Part shown: in pieces, positions 13,433-24,960 of the stretch
How the letters are laid out: every line of letters begins with the position of its first letter
Position numbering within the stretch: position 1 is the stretch's first letter
NCBI RefSeq assembly: GCF_006345805.1
Contig: NC_043006.1
Location: 8,680,001 to 8,744,000 of the forward strand
Origin: Octopus sinensis
Lineage: Eukaryota
DNA length: 64,000 bases
Reading direction: 5' to 3'
Notes under the pieces: model-generated
Databases searched by the model: none
The model's input: only the letters and a program-made list of their open reading frames with translations
Told to the model about the DNA's origin: nothing
Program-made: the position numbers and the translations under genes

Positions 13433-13438
<6 letters not shown>
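12845..13438. mobile_element. PLE pseudo-LTR-like element with 191-bp inverted arms and an HHR in the spacer
   Basis: Arms 12932-13122 and 13248-13438 are nearly identical reverse complements; the 12845-13020 segment recurs at ~39225-39410. Confidence 0.8.
13120..13171 (-). ncRNA. Minimal type I hammerhead ribozyme motif (imperfect stem II)
   Basis: Reverse complement: TGAG-CTGATGA-TAGAAATGTC(GTGTT)GACTAATCTT-GAAA-CGTACG-TT-CTCA; palindromic stem III ACGTACGT; GUU site. Confidence 0.72.
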
Positions 13439-13485
<47 letters not shown>

Positions 13486-14069
13486 CATGTGTGTGAGTGT
13501 GTGTGTGTATGTATGTGTGTCTGTGTGTGTGTGTGTTTGTGTGAGAAAAAGTCAAGATAGAAACTGCTAAAATAACATTATAAAAAAGCATTTCAATCGG
13601 TTTCAGTAATTGAGACTCTTTCGACAGTAAGTATGGAACACAGTAAAATTTTGGAAAACTTAAAAGAAAAGTTTTTTAAAGAATATTTGCATAGTGTTCG
13701 AATACAAGTGGCATTTCCCTTGTTTCTGTCTGTTTCTCTATCTCTAGCTTACTCTTGTGGATTGTCCTGTTATTACCATTCTTGTTTTTATTTTTATTTT
13801 TGTTTTTTTGTATTTATATTCGCGTGGCTTCGTCCGTTTTCTGTCCTTGTTTCGTTTACATTCGATCCTTTTTCCAAGAAATCTAATGCTCGCAGGTTAG
13901 TTTTTCATTGGGGCTGGCCGTTTCGGAGCAATATCAGGATTAATCAACCGAAATCTGCTATGATGATCCGATTCCTGACTGAAGATTAAAGGCTTCGAAT
14001 GACCCGTTCTTTTTTTGTGTCGTCTCTTTGTGTATTTCACGTTCTTGTCCCTTTTTATATATAATTTTT

Positions 14070-14108
<39 letters not shown>

Positions 14109-14281
14109 TGTGTGTGTGTGTGTGTGCGTGTGCGTGTATGTATATATATACATACACATATATTTCTACTAATCTAAATTCTGCTCATACATAAACACTA
14201 CTTTGTGTAGATGGCTTTAACTGCTACTTGTAAGTGTTCCCAGTTGTTTATATTTCAATATACATACATACACACACACGC

Positions 14282-14318
<37 letters not shown>

Positions 14319-14479
14319 TGTGTGTTTAGTAGTTGAAATATGTGACAGACGTATTTCAACTAACCTAAATTCTGCCCATAAATAATCACTGTCTTGCACC
14401 AATGGTTCCATATATATATATACATATCCACACTGCAATCGGGTCAAATCAAGAGGGAGTATTACAATTCTTAAATGAG

Positions 14480-15170
14480 AGCCGGTGTGTTATTTGAGAA
14501 TTTACATCACTAATGATGTAACGTTCCAAGTGGATATAACCAAGTTGGTTACACTGTGGAAGTAAATGACTGGTTGGATTCTAAAATCACCCAGAATCAT
14601 GAAAAATTATATCATACAGCTCCTATGGAGAACAGTCGTGTTCAGTTGCCTGGATTAATATTCTGGACTCGGTTCACCATAAAAATGGAAACTAACAGCA
14701 ATATTCGAAGCAACCCAACGTACTACATAAACAAGTTTCAGTCGGTGCCACACATGAAATACTGGGTGAAGCTTAAGTAACTGAGGCCCGACTTCCATTT
14801 CAAAAGATGCAAAATACATTCAGTGATATACACGTGTAAGATTCTACAAAGCCTAGCTCCCGAATTTTAAACTGATAGATATACCAACCAGGGAACTGGA
14901 TAGAATTTCATTGTACTAAACAAGATCCCATCTTTATTTATCTAGAATAAGAACTCAGCACTCTAACAACTTCTGTTCGAAAGGCTCAGAAATGTTCAAC
15001 CTGCCAAACAACCTGAGTTCGCGCTCTGTAGACGTGGAGATTTTCAAATAACATTTGGATAATTTTTCATCTGGGATGCTGGATGAACCAAAGTTGTGCT
15101 AGAAAAATCCACAGAAGGGATTTTCTGGCCAACTTGATACTAAGCGTTGGCTGAAACCAGTTATGAATAT
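14480..15170 (+). mobile_element. Decayed CR1-type LINE 3' fragment
   Basis: MENSRVQLPG..; FQSVPHMKYWVKLK*L (compare YW.RL..L.L.S); KILQSLAPEF; FK*HLDNFSSGMLDEPK (compare FK..LD.FL..+PD.P). Confidence 0.65.
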
Positions 15171-15256
15171 AATGCATACACACATACATACATATAATAT
15201 ATATATATTCCTTATATAGTGACGTCTATTGGAGAATATTTGGAACTCATCTGTAA

Positions 15257-15334
<78 letters not shown>

Positions 15335-15942
15335 ATCTTTTACAGATGAAATCCAGATATTCTCCATATAGAGGTCACTAAGTATTGCTTAAAAAAATTC
15401 ACACTGGGACTCTGATGTTTTGAAAGGGGTCAGTCCCATAAAGGCAAGAAAGTAAAAAAGAGGGATCGAGCTCATGAGGTATAGTATTATGTGTGAGGAT
15501 AAACAAATCAGACCGATCAAATATATTAAATGTATAAAATACCAAATCTGTATATCTGTATACCTGTATACATGCAATTCGTGGTGGAAGCTTTCAGATA
15601 ATGAATGTTTATGTATAAGTATATAGATATTTATATCAATAGGTCCAATTTACAGAGAGTACAAATGATACAGAAAAGGTGAAAGGAATGTACTATAAGC
15701 CCAACAGCTGTTTATAGGGAATCGGCGATTTATAGTAATGTTGGCAGATTTAGTGCATCAAACTATGCGACCGTATTGATGTATATAACATAGAATGAGA
15801 TGAGCCTCTATCATCAGGGTAGAGATCTTACGTTCCAGGTTTTTAATTCAGTGTAATTCAAAGCATTTAACGTCACCCAGTGTTAATGTATTGCTTTCCT
15901 TTTTATCGGGATTACATACGACTGTGTAATATTAGAGTTTCT

Positions 15943-16329
15943 GTGGAGGCGCAATGGCCCAGTGGCTAGGGCAGCGGACTCGCGGTCATAAGATCGCGGT
16001 TTCGATTCCCAGACCGGGCGTTGTGAGTGTTTATTGAGCGAAAACACCGAAAGCTCCACGAGGCTCCGGCAGGGGATGGTGGTGATCCCTGTTGTACTCT
16101 TTCACCACAACTTTCTCTCACTCTTACTTCCTGTTACTGTTGTACCTGTATTTCAAGGTGCCGGCCTTTTCACTCTCTGTGTCACGCTGAATATCCCCGA
16201 GAACTACGTTAAGGGTACACGTGTCTGTGGAGTGCTCAGCCACTTACACGTTAATTTCACGAGCAGTCTGTTCCGTTGATTCGGATCAACCGGAAACCTC
16301 ATCATCGTAAGCGACGGAGTGCTTCCACC
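15943..16329 (+). mobile_element. tRNA-head SINE, family A, full length
   Basis: tRNA-like head (TGGCCCAGTGG A-box, GGTTTCGATTCCC B-box); 12-bp TSD ATTAGAGTTTCT at 15931-15942 and 16330-16341. Confidence 0.92.
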
Positions 16330-17431
16330 ATTAGAGTTTCTAAGATTCCGCACATTCCTGTAGTTTGTATTAGATTTATATTTTCTGTCATATAAACAAA
16401 GTTTTCCGCGCAGGAAAATAATATTGCCCAATTTCTTTTGTGAATATAGGGTATATATTTCATTAGTGACTAGAGGAAGTATAACAGATTATAGTTTGCC
16501 CCACACATTTTATATCAACTTCAATGATTCTATGTTATCTACGATATATTACCTATGTTTATAACCATTAGTATATAAATACACACATGTACACACGCAG
16601 ATGTGTACATGCGTTCTTATGATATACGTTAGAAACAGGTAACTATACACTTTGTCTCATATATTGCTATGAAGTCAGCTAAGAACTTTATATCCATGGA
16701 AATCCTACTAAACATCTATCTCAAACTTCTCATTAGCAGGAGATTAATTTATTTTAAAGTAGAGCATATGAATAAAAGCCATGTGCAGAATAGCATTTGG
16801 ACTAAAATATTACTTTAGCAGCGGGCATCAGATTGCATCTATTTCTGACTCTGACAGTTAAATGAAAAGCGAAAAGATGCATAATATGAAATGTTAGTAC
16901 AACGGCATACGTATTCATTTAGCTGTAACGAAAACAAGGTCTTTCATCCGTATCACAGCAGGAACAAAATGGGAAAAATTGCAAGAATGCTATAATGGAT
17001 TACTGGTTTTTCCATTTGATATATATGTAACTACTAACATAATGTAGAATCATACCACCACGAATTATCCATGATCATAACAATCTGTCATATATTTATA
17101 ATAGTATTATTCACGAGGGATGTTGACTCTGTTATACTGTCATAAGTAAGGGATTAACATATGTATATAGGTTAGACTAATTCTTTTGGAGAAATTGACA
17201 TTCATATCTTTCTTAGTAACAGCCATTTGACAACTCAGTGAAAATACCCGATTAACTTGAAGCTGCTGGGAACTCTTTCCAAACCGTGTATTCCAGTTTT
17301 ATAATTCTATGAAATAGATAATAATCTCCTGTTGTAAATTTCCTTGTAAATGGTTGTGCCATCCTGTATCTGTATATCGAAATAATGTTATCCAATGCAA
17401 AATAACAATACAATTTAAACTTTTGTAGAGT

Positions 17432-17817
17432 GGATGGAAGCACTCCTTCGGTACGACGACGAGAGTTCCGGTTGATCCGAATCAACGGAACAGCCTGCTC
17501 GTGAAATTAACGTGTAAGTGGCTGAGCATTCCAGAAACGCGTGTACCCTTAACGTAGTTCTCGGGGATATTCAGCGTGACACAGAGAGTGACAGGGCCGG
17601 CCTTTTGAAATACAGGTACAACAGAAACAGGAAGTAAGAGTGAGAGAAAGTTGTGGTGAAAGGGTACAGCAGGGATGACCACCATCCCTGCCGGAGCCTC
17701 ATAAAGTTTTAGGTGTTTTCGCCCAATAAACACTCACAACGCCCGGTTTGGGAATCGAAACCGCGATCCTACGACCGCGAGTCCGCTGCCCTAACCAATG
17801 GGCCATTGCGCCTCCAC
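17432..17817 (-). mobile_element. tRNA-head SINE, family A, full length
   Basis: Reverse complement of the 15943 copy with scattered substitutions; TSD TTTTGTAGAGT at 17421-17431 and 17818-17828. Confidence 0.92.
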
Positions 17818-17849
17818 TTTTGTAGAGTAAAGAAAACCGCGTCACAGTA

Positions 17850-19354
17850 TCTTTATATATTTATTGTATTTTGAAAATACTGTTGAACTTTAATTTCTTC
17901 CCACATTTTTAATTCGTGTTTGCCAAGGTGAAACAGAAGAAGATTGCTTTGGCTGTTGCATCCTCTGGAATTGCAGTCACACCCCAACAGGTGGAAGAAC
18001 AGCCAATTTAACATTCAAGCTGCCTCTGAACCTGATCCAAAATGAATTCCCTTTATGCAACATATCAAAGATTACGGAGTTAGCAAAGCTCCTTCCAGAT
18101 GCCAAACTCATTGTCTGAGACGAGTCAACATTGTCCCATAAGACAACCTTTGAAGCCGTTGATAGAACACTTCAAAACTTCACAAACATATGAAGACTTA
18201 TGGGTAGTACCACCTTCCTCATGGTTGGTGACTTTAGGCAAACACTGCCTGTCATTCCTAGAGGAACAAAAGCAGACCATCTGAGACTTTCTATCAAGTC
18301 CTCATATATCTGGCAACATGTCAAGCAGCTTACTCTGACAACTTACATCAGGGTTCAAATTCATGGCGACCCATTAGCTGCCGAGCTTTTAAAGAAATTA
18401 CTTGACATAGGAAATAGGAAACTTCTAGAGGAACCAGAACATAGTCGGCGCCATCTCCCATGGGACAATATGACTGCAACGCTTCAAGAACTGAAGAGCA
18501 AAGACTTTCCTAACATTGCCAAAAACTACAAATGTAGCAATGTGAAAGAGCAATTCTGGCACCAAAGAATGATGCTGTCTACAAGCCGAATCTAAATTTG
18601 TTGTCTCAGCTCTTTCAGGAACTGAATCTTCATAGAAATCAATTGACACTGTCACTAGTCAAGAATAGGCAACACATTACCCTGTTGAGTTCCTCGAGTC
18701 ACTTCAACCACCATGATTTCTACAACGCATTCTGATCATGACAACAAGTGCTCCCATAATACTGTTAAGTAACCTTGATGCACCCAGGCTCTGCAATGGA
18801 ACAAGGCTGCTTGTTAAAACAGCTATGCCCCTTGTGTTAGAAGCAACAATATTTACAGGCAATATGGTGTGGGAGTATGTTTTCATTCCAAGGATCCCTC
18901 TCATCTCAAATCCTCTCCCATTTCACTTCAAGAGACTGCAGTTTTCTTTATACTTGAGCCTTGCAGTGTCTATCAACAAAGCACAAAGTCAATCTCTAAA
19001 GGTGGTGGGACTTGATATTCTTTAAACCTGCAGCTCACATGGTCAGCTGTATTTTGGATGTTCCAGAGTTAGCGATAAAAAAAAATCTCTAGGTTCTCAG
19101 TGACAAATAGGGCAAGACATAAAACAGCGTATATGAAGAAGCATTTACATAAATAATATGTGCATGTAATTTACAGAAGTTTAAAGCCATTGAGTATTAA
19201 AAGTGATTGTTATTTCCTGTGAAATACAGTAATCTTACACTACAAGCAAACACGGTTATGTTAAGGCTATGAATTTACAACACGAGCGAGTTTATATTTT
19301 ACTAATCTGAATAAGAAGAGCACCAGCCTGGGCAACGCCGGTTCATTCAGATAG
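17850..19354 (+). mobile_element. Internally deleted Helitron with PIF1-family helicase pseudogene
   Basis: IALAVASSGIA, GDFRQTLPVIPRG, NLDAPRLCNGTRLLVK, FIPRIPLI, FKRLQFSLYLSLAVSINKAQSQSLKVVGLD; 5' A|TCTTTATATAT; 3' hairpin (agcctgggcaacgccggtt) then degenerate ATAG|T; Rep domain absent. Confidence 0.88.
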
Positions 19355-19528
19355 TATATATATATATATATAAAACATATAAAACATCATGTATACATAT
19401 ATATTGATATGTATAAGTGTGTGTGTGTATGTGTGTCTATGTGTTTCTCTGTGTGTCTCTCTGCGTAGGTGAGAGTGTTGCGTGTGCTGTGTGTGTGTAT
19501 GTCTGTGCGTGTGTGGTGGGTATATACC

Positions 19529-19564
<36 letters not shown>

Positions 19565-19649
19565 TTACTTTGATACTTTGATAGGTTTCGGCCATTATTG
19601 GCCCAGGCCATGTCTAACTTAATAGCACCACCTGGTGAAGTCTTTCAAG

Positions 19650-21215
19650 TCAGAATTTGGGCACTATGGCCCACTCAAGTAGAGAGTTATTGTTTACAGA
19701 GACATATCCGGGTGTAGGGGGTTTATCCGGGATTTCTTGAAGGAATCTGTCCAAAGACTTCTTGAACCCTATAGGGTCAGTTTCTGTTTTAATGTGTTTT
19801 GGTGTAATGTTAAAGAGAGCGGGGCCAATTGAGGTGAAATAATTGTGCTGTATTGTTGTTATGAGATGAGAGTGCGATTTTTGTTTTGGGCGGATGGCAC
19901 GGGGCCCAAGCCTTGGATGTACCTTAAAGGTGATGCCAACATCATTTGGGCAATGCTGATGGAATATTTTCCACATCATGCAGATGATGTAGCGCTCACG
20001 ACGACGTTGGAGAGAATAGAGTTTTAGCTTTTCTAGTCGACCCCAATAGTCGAGGCCTGTCATGCCATCTATCTTTTTTTGTGATTGCCCTTTGAGGTGC
20101 TTCAACTTTTATGATACCTTGTATTGTGTGGGGAGACGACAGTGGACAACAGTATTCAAGGTGGGGTCGGGCAAAAGTGGAGAAGAGAAGGATAATGGTG
20201 TGGATATCTCTCGACTGGAAAGTTCTGAGAATCCAGGAACACATTCTGCGGGCCATGTCAACTTTGGTGTTTATATGAGTGGCCCAGCTTATGTTGTTGT
20301 CCACAATTACTCCCAAGTCTCTGATGTTGTTGGACGCCGCGAGAGTTTCACCTGAAGGAAGGGAGTATGGCAGTTTCAGGGCATCCTCTTTTCCAAAGTG
20401 GATTAACTCAAATTTATCCTCGTTCAGCAGCATATTGTTTTTCTCTGCCCATTGGATAACAGCCAGTAGATCTGACTGAAGGCGTGTCCGGTCACTCGCC
20501 TCATTTATGACCTTCTGTAGCTTGGAGTCATCTGCAAATATTTTTATGTTGCTGTGCTTGATGATGTCATTAATGTCATTAATGTAAATAATGAAAAGAA
20601 GTGGGCCCCGCACAGTGCCTTGCGGAACGCTACTACTGACTTTGGCTGGGTTTGATTTTACCCCTTCAACTACAACATGTTGAGATCTGTCTGTCAGGAA
20701 ACACTTGATCCATTTCAGTAACTTTCCAGAGACACCAATGTTGGATAGTTTTTTCAATAGGATCTTGTGATCGACCCTGTCGAAGGCCTTACTGAAATCA
20801 AGGTAGATGACATCGGTGTTGGAGCCCTCTCCCAAAGCTCTCAAAATGTCCTCAAAGTGATGCAGGAGCTGCGTTAGGCAGTCCCTTCCATTACGGAACC
20901 CATGTTGGTTGGAGATCATCCGTCTGTTGCTTTCCAGAAATTGGGTTATTCGAGATCTCACCACCCTCTCAAATACCTTGATGATATGAGAGGTGAGTGA
21001 GATCGGACGGTAATTCACTGCAAGGGACTTGTTTCCCTTTTTGAAAACTGGGACAACAGACTGGGACAGAAGGTTTTTTGGAATATAGCCAGCATCCAGT
21101 GAGTTTCTCCACAGATTAGCAAGGGGAGATGCAAGTTGGTGTCGACACACCTTCAGGACACAAGCAGGGAACCTATCGGGGCCTACTACTGAATTGTGTT
21201 TTATTTCGTTTATCG
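19650..21215 (-). pseudogene. LINE ORF2, reverse transcriptase and C-terminal segments
   Basis: NYRPISLTS, QHGFR, YLDFSKAFDRVDH, VPQGTVRGPLLF, IFADDSKL, RPHLEYC; frameshift near 20050-20100, then LYSLQRRRERY and FKKSLDRFLQEIPDKP. Confidence 0.93.
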
Positions 21216-21218
21216 CCG

Positions 21219-21923
21219 CTAAGACATCAGGGGCACTAACGTTATGTCTGATATAGTGTGTTGGGGGTTGACATCACTGATCCAGCCCAGATCGGCCATA
21301 TCAGGATTGCTGAAAACAGAGCAGTATTGTTTCTGCAGTATCTCGGCCATGGATTTGGCGTTATCTTGGAGAGTGCCAGTTTCATCAATTAGAGGGCCAA
21401 CAATGGAGACAGTGACCCTGCGTTTCCTCGCAAATGAAAAGAACACTTTGGGGTTGAGTTTGATTTTTTCAATGGCCCACTTCTCCTCAGCTGATCTTTG
21501 GTTATTGATGAGGGTCTTCATGCATTGTTGGAGGTTATATTTTTTGGATTCAAGCAGTGCGATAGCCGTCGAAGGTGTGTGTTGCTGTTGGCAGTACTTT
21601 AGTTTGTTAATTTTTTTGTTTGTTCTTTTTATTTTTCTGATAATGGTTTTTCTGTTTTGGGGGATTCTGCACTTTTTGTTCACAGGTCTTGGTGGGGAGT
21701 GTTTTGCACATATGTCTGTGACGGTGTCTACAAAGATCTGCCAAGATGTTTTATGGTTAGTGGAGATGTGTGTATGTGTAAAGGACCAGTCAACATGTGA
21801 TAGCTCGTTCCTGATTGCATCCCAGTTGGCATCATGGAGATCCATGTTGTCAAATGGGTTGGCTGGAGGGAGGTCACTAGGATTAGCTTTCGGCTGGTGG
21901 AATTTCATGTTACAGAGAACCAT
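21219..21923 (-). pseudogene. LINE ORF2, linker segment
   Basis: IKLNPKVFFSFARK...MAEILQKQYCSVFS, typical CR1 inter-domain motifs; frameshift near 21235. Confidence 0.8.
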
Positions 21924-21924
21924 G

Positions 21925-22686
21925 TCATGGTCTGAAAGAAGGGTTTTTTTCCACTGTAACGTTATGTATAGTGTTAGTGTGGTTACTAAACACTAGGTCC
22001 AAAATGTTCTGATGTCTTGTTGGTGCAAGGACAAGTTGGGACAAGAAAAACTCATTCGTAAAGTCGAAAAGTGACTCTGCTGCTTCTTTGTCAGCGGTTG
22101 AGGCGGGAGTGCTTGGTTTCAAACAGTTTGTAGTCCAGTCAACACAGGGTAGATTGAAGTCTCCCATCATGAGTAGGTTGCTTGAATGGCACTGTTGAAT
22201 AAAGCACTTAATGCTGTTGAGGCATTCTTTAAAGCACAGTATGGGTGTTTGGGGCGGCCTATAGAGCCCAATTACTGTCAGGTCATTGACTTTGTTGTGC
22301 ACGGTGACTGATTCACAGTAGCCATTGGAGAATATACTATTTCCATCTGCCGTAAACGAATCATGCAGGAAAATGGCAGTTCCACCCTTCCTTCTGCCGA
22401 TACGATCCGCGCGGATGGTTGTGAAATTCTTTACTCTCACTTCGGCTTCCAAGTGGGAGTTGTCAAGGTGGGTCTCAGTGAGAATGAAGAAAGGGATGTG
22501 GTGTGGATGGTTACCAACCCAGTCTTCAATGAATTGGACCTTCCATTTTTGTGCATTGATGGAAGGGCTGACACCTTGTGCATTGAGTAGAAATGTGGAG
22601 GTTAGTGTAGTGGCTGGTTTTGACTGTTGCAGGGGGCATTGATTTTTTGTGTGTGCTAGTGGCAGCAATGTGGGGAATTGGTGCAC
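21925..22686 (-). pseudogene. LINE ORF2, APE endonuclease segment
   Basis: FLLNAQG, FILTETHL, IRADRIGRRKGGTAIFL, IGLYRPP, MMGDFNLP, PTRHQNILDLVFSN; frameshift just before the SDH motif. Confidence 0.9.
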
Positions 22687-23543
22687 TGGGGTAATAGCAT
22701 AGGATGGTGTTGAGTGATGGCTAGAATATTTTTGTGTATCTCTTTTGCCATGTTCAACATGGCTAAAAAAGAATTTTCCTGCTTAGGGAGCAGTTTTTGG
22801 CTGGAGGTGTGGTTGCACTGTTGGATAGGGTTGTAGTTTCCACTTTTGTTGTTGTTGTTTTTGTGTCTTCCTGAAAAGACTGGACCAGCATTACTGCAGC
22901 ATGGTGTGTTTCTATTTTTATTTTTATTCAGGTTTGTGTGTTGGCTTGAAGCCCCGTTTCTGTTTGTGCGTCGGGTCCCTTGAAGATGAGTGAAGGGACA
23001 GTCACTCAGCAGACATGTTCTCTCACGTTGGGAATACCGGCAGATTTTGGGACTCCGAGTTGTGTGTGTTTTGAATTTCGATTGACTCTTTGGTGGTGTT
23101 GATGTTATTGTGGGATGCGTGCTTTGGCCTTGGCCGGTAGTGCGTCTAGTGCCGGGTAGATGCGTGAAGATGCAGTCGCTATTTGTGCAGAGTCTCTGGC
23201 GCAGTGAATAGCGGCATATTCTGGGGTTTCTTGTTTGTGCCGTGGGGGGCGCATTCTGCTTCCTATGTTTCTTTAAGTTTTTGTTACTGCAGTGGTATTG
23301 AGGTGGTGATGTGGGGGAAGAGAGCAGTGGTTTCCTTTTTGTTTTTTTGGTGAAAGAAGACGATGGTGACAGCGGTGGTGATGATGATGATGATAATTGT
23401 GGTGGTTGCCATGAGAGCGGTGAAAAGATACTGGCATTTAGTGAATCGTCTACTATGCTAGAGTTGAGGAGTGGCTGTTGTTGTTGTTGTGCTTGACCGA
23501 TGTTAGGGTCAGCCATATACATAACATTTGTACAATTTATCAA
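22656..23543 (-). CDS. LINE ORF1 (295 aa; true start uncertain) with two C-x8-C-x4-C-x3-H zinc fingers
   Basis: CRYSLRQRLCTNSDCIFTH (23160-23216) and CRYSQRERTCLLSDCPFTH (22986-23042), each followed by L.GTRRT; Q- and S/P-rich N-terminal part. Confidence 0.7.
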   Translation of the reverse strand: MINCTNVMYMADPNIGQAQQQQQPLLNSSIVDDSLNASIFSPLSWQPPQLSSSSSPPLSPSSSFTKKTKRKPLLSSPTSPPQYHCSNKNLKKHRKQNAPPTAQTRNPRICRYSLRQRLCTNSDCIFTHLPGTRRTTGQGQSTHPTITSTPPKSQSKFKTHTTRSPKICRYSQRERTCLLSDCPFTHLQGTRRTNRNGASSQHTNLNKNKNRNTPCCSNAGPVFSGRHKNNNNKSGNYNPIQQCNHTSSQKLLPKQENSFLAMLNMAKEIHKNILAITQHHPMLLPQCTNSPHCCH

Positions 23544-23962
23544 ATGCTAAATGTATGACATATTCATATTTTCACAAGACCGATTGTGTCTTCTAATTGC
23601 AATTATAATTGTCGTATTATGTAGGCGATACTCTACGTGCAGTTATTTATCATGGTGCAAAGCACTTCCGAAGTAATTTGATTTGTGTCAGCAACATTGT
23701 AAATATTCCTAATCGGTGTCAATTATTTCTTCTGAACGATTACGTCTAATGATGATATCGACGTTTAATCGTATCACTGAGGAAATCTAACAATATCAAC
23801 ATTTCACAATAGCAGACATTACTTCCTGTTAAATAAAGATCCACTCCTACATGAGCTTACATTCAAGAAGCGCAGTGTAATAGTTTCAATAGTTTCAATG
23901 TTTAATAGTTTCAATGTTAGTTTCATTTGAAGTATATCAACAGGTAGGTTTGTGATATAGTT

Positions 23963-24123
23963 GCACAGGAGTGGCTGTATGGTAAGTAGCTTGCTAACCA
24001 ACCACATGGTTCCGGGTTCAGTGCCACTGCGTGGCATCTTGGCCAACTGTCTTCTGCTATAGCCCCGGGGCGACCAATGCCTTGTGAGTGGATTTGGTAG
24101 ACGGAAACTGAAAGAAGCCTGCC

Positions 24124-24185
<62 letters not shown>

Positions 24186-24399
24186 GTTTTTGTGTCTGTG
24201 TTTGTCCCGCTAGCATTGCTTGACAACCGATGCTGGTGTGTTTACGTCCCCGTCACATAGCAGTTCGGCAAAAGAGACCGATAGAATAAGTACTGGGCTT
24301 ACAAAGAATAAGTCCCGGGGTCGATTTACTCGACTAAAAGCGGTGCTCCAGCATGGCCGCAGTCAAATGTCTGAAACAAATAAAAGAGTAAAAGAGTAA
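23963..24399 (+). mobile_element. SINE family C, full length (tRNA-like head, internal TA/TG microsatellite, CR1-like 3' tail)
   Basis: gcacaggagtggct..ggttccgggttcagt..ggaaactgaaagaagc..(TA)n(TG)n..ggcggtgctccagcatggccgcagtcaaatg.ctgaaac..(aaagagt)n; many related copies in the window. Confidence 0.9.
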
Positions 24400-24697
24400 G
24401 AGGTAATCTCAGTTAATCCAAAGGTTCTCATTCTTCAAATTACATATGCGTAAATGTAGAGCATATCTGTATTTGTGTATGTATGCTGAATACTCAATGC
24501 TTCCTCAAGACAAATGCCACATTTGCTGCGTATTATTGATCATTCCATTTCGTATTTAATTTTCGATTCTTTCCGTCCCCATATTAGGTCTGCCAGTGAA
24601 GTTGTATGTCGTCCATTTATTTTTCGGAATGACGAAATGTGGTTGCGATCATGGATTTTGAATTGATATTCGAAGGTACCTTTGTATGCATAGTGGC

Positions 24698-24960
24698 GGC
24701 GACGTAAACAAACCAGTATCGGTTGTCAAGCAATACGAGAGGGACAAACACAGACACACAAACATACACACACCTATATATATATATACATATATACGAC
24801 GGGCTTCTTTCAGTTTCCGTCTACCAAATCCACTCACAAGGCTTTGATCAGCCTGAGGCTGCAATAGAAGGCACTTGCCCAACATGCCACGCAGTGGGAC
24901 TGAACCCGGAACCATTTGGTTGGAAAGCAAGCTACTTACCACACAACCACTCCTGCGCCT
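24698..24960 (-). mobile_element. SINE family C, 3'-truncated
   Basis: Reverse complement of the 5' two-thirds of the 23963 copy. Confidence 0.88.

Larger units (their letters stand above)
19565..23543 (-). mobile_element. Near full-length CR1-type LINE (ORF1 + APE + RT); 5' end uncertain
   Basis: Domain order ORF1, endonuclease, RT, C-terminus; 3' UTR ending in (TATCAAAG)2 beside a (TA)n tract; no TSD recognised. Confidence 0.93.

Noticed and set aside
13920-14010. CTGAAGA / CTGATA..CCGAAACGGCC strings
   Set aside because: Core incomplete on both strands; stems cannot be closed.
15943-16015. tRNA gene
   Set aside because: tRNA-like head of a SINE: continues into the SINE body and is flanked by a TSD.
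21244-21996. 250-aa plus-strand ORF (also 20062, 22325)
   Set aside because: Antisense shadow of LINE ORF2 with no independent motifs.
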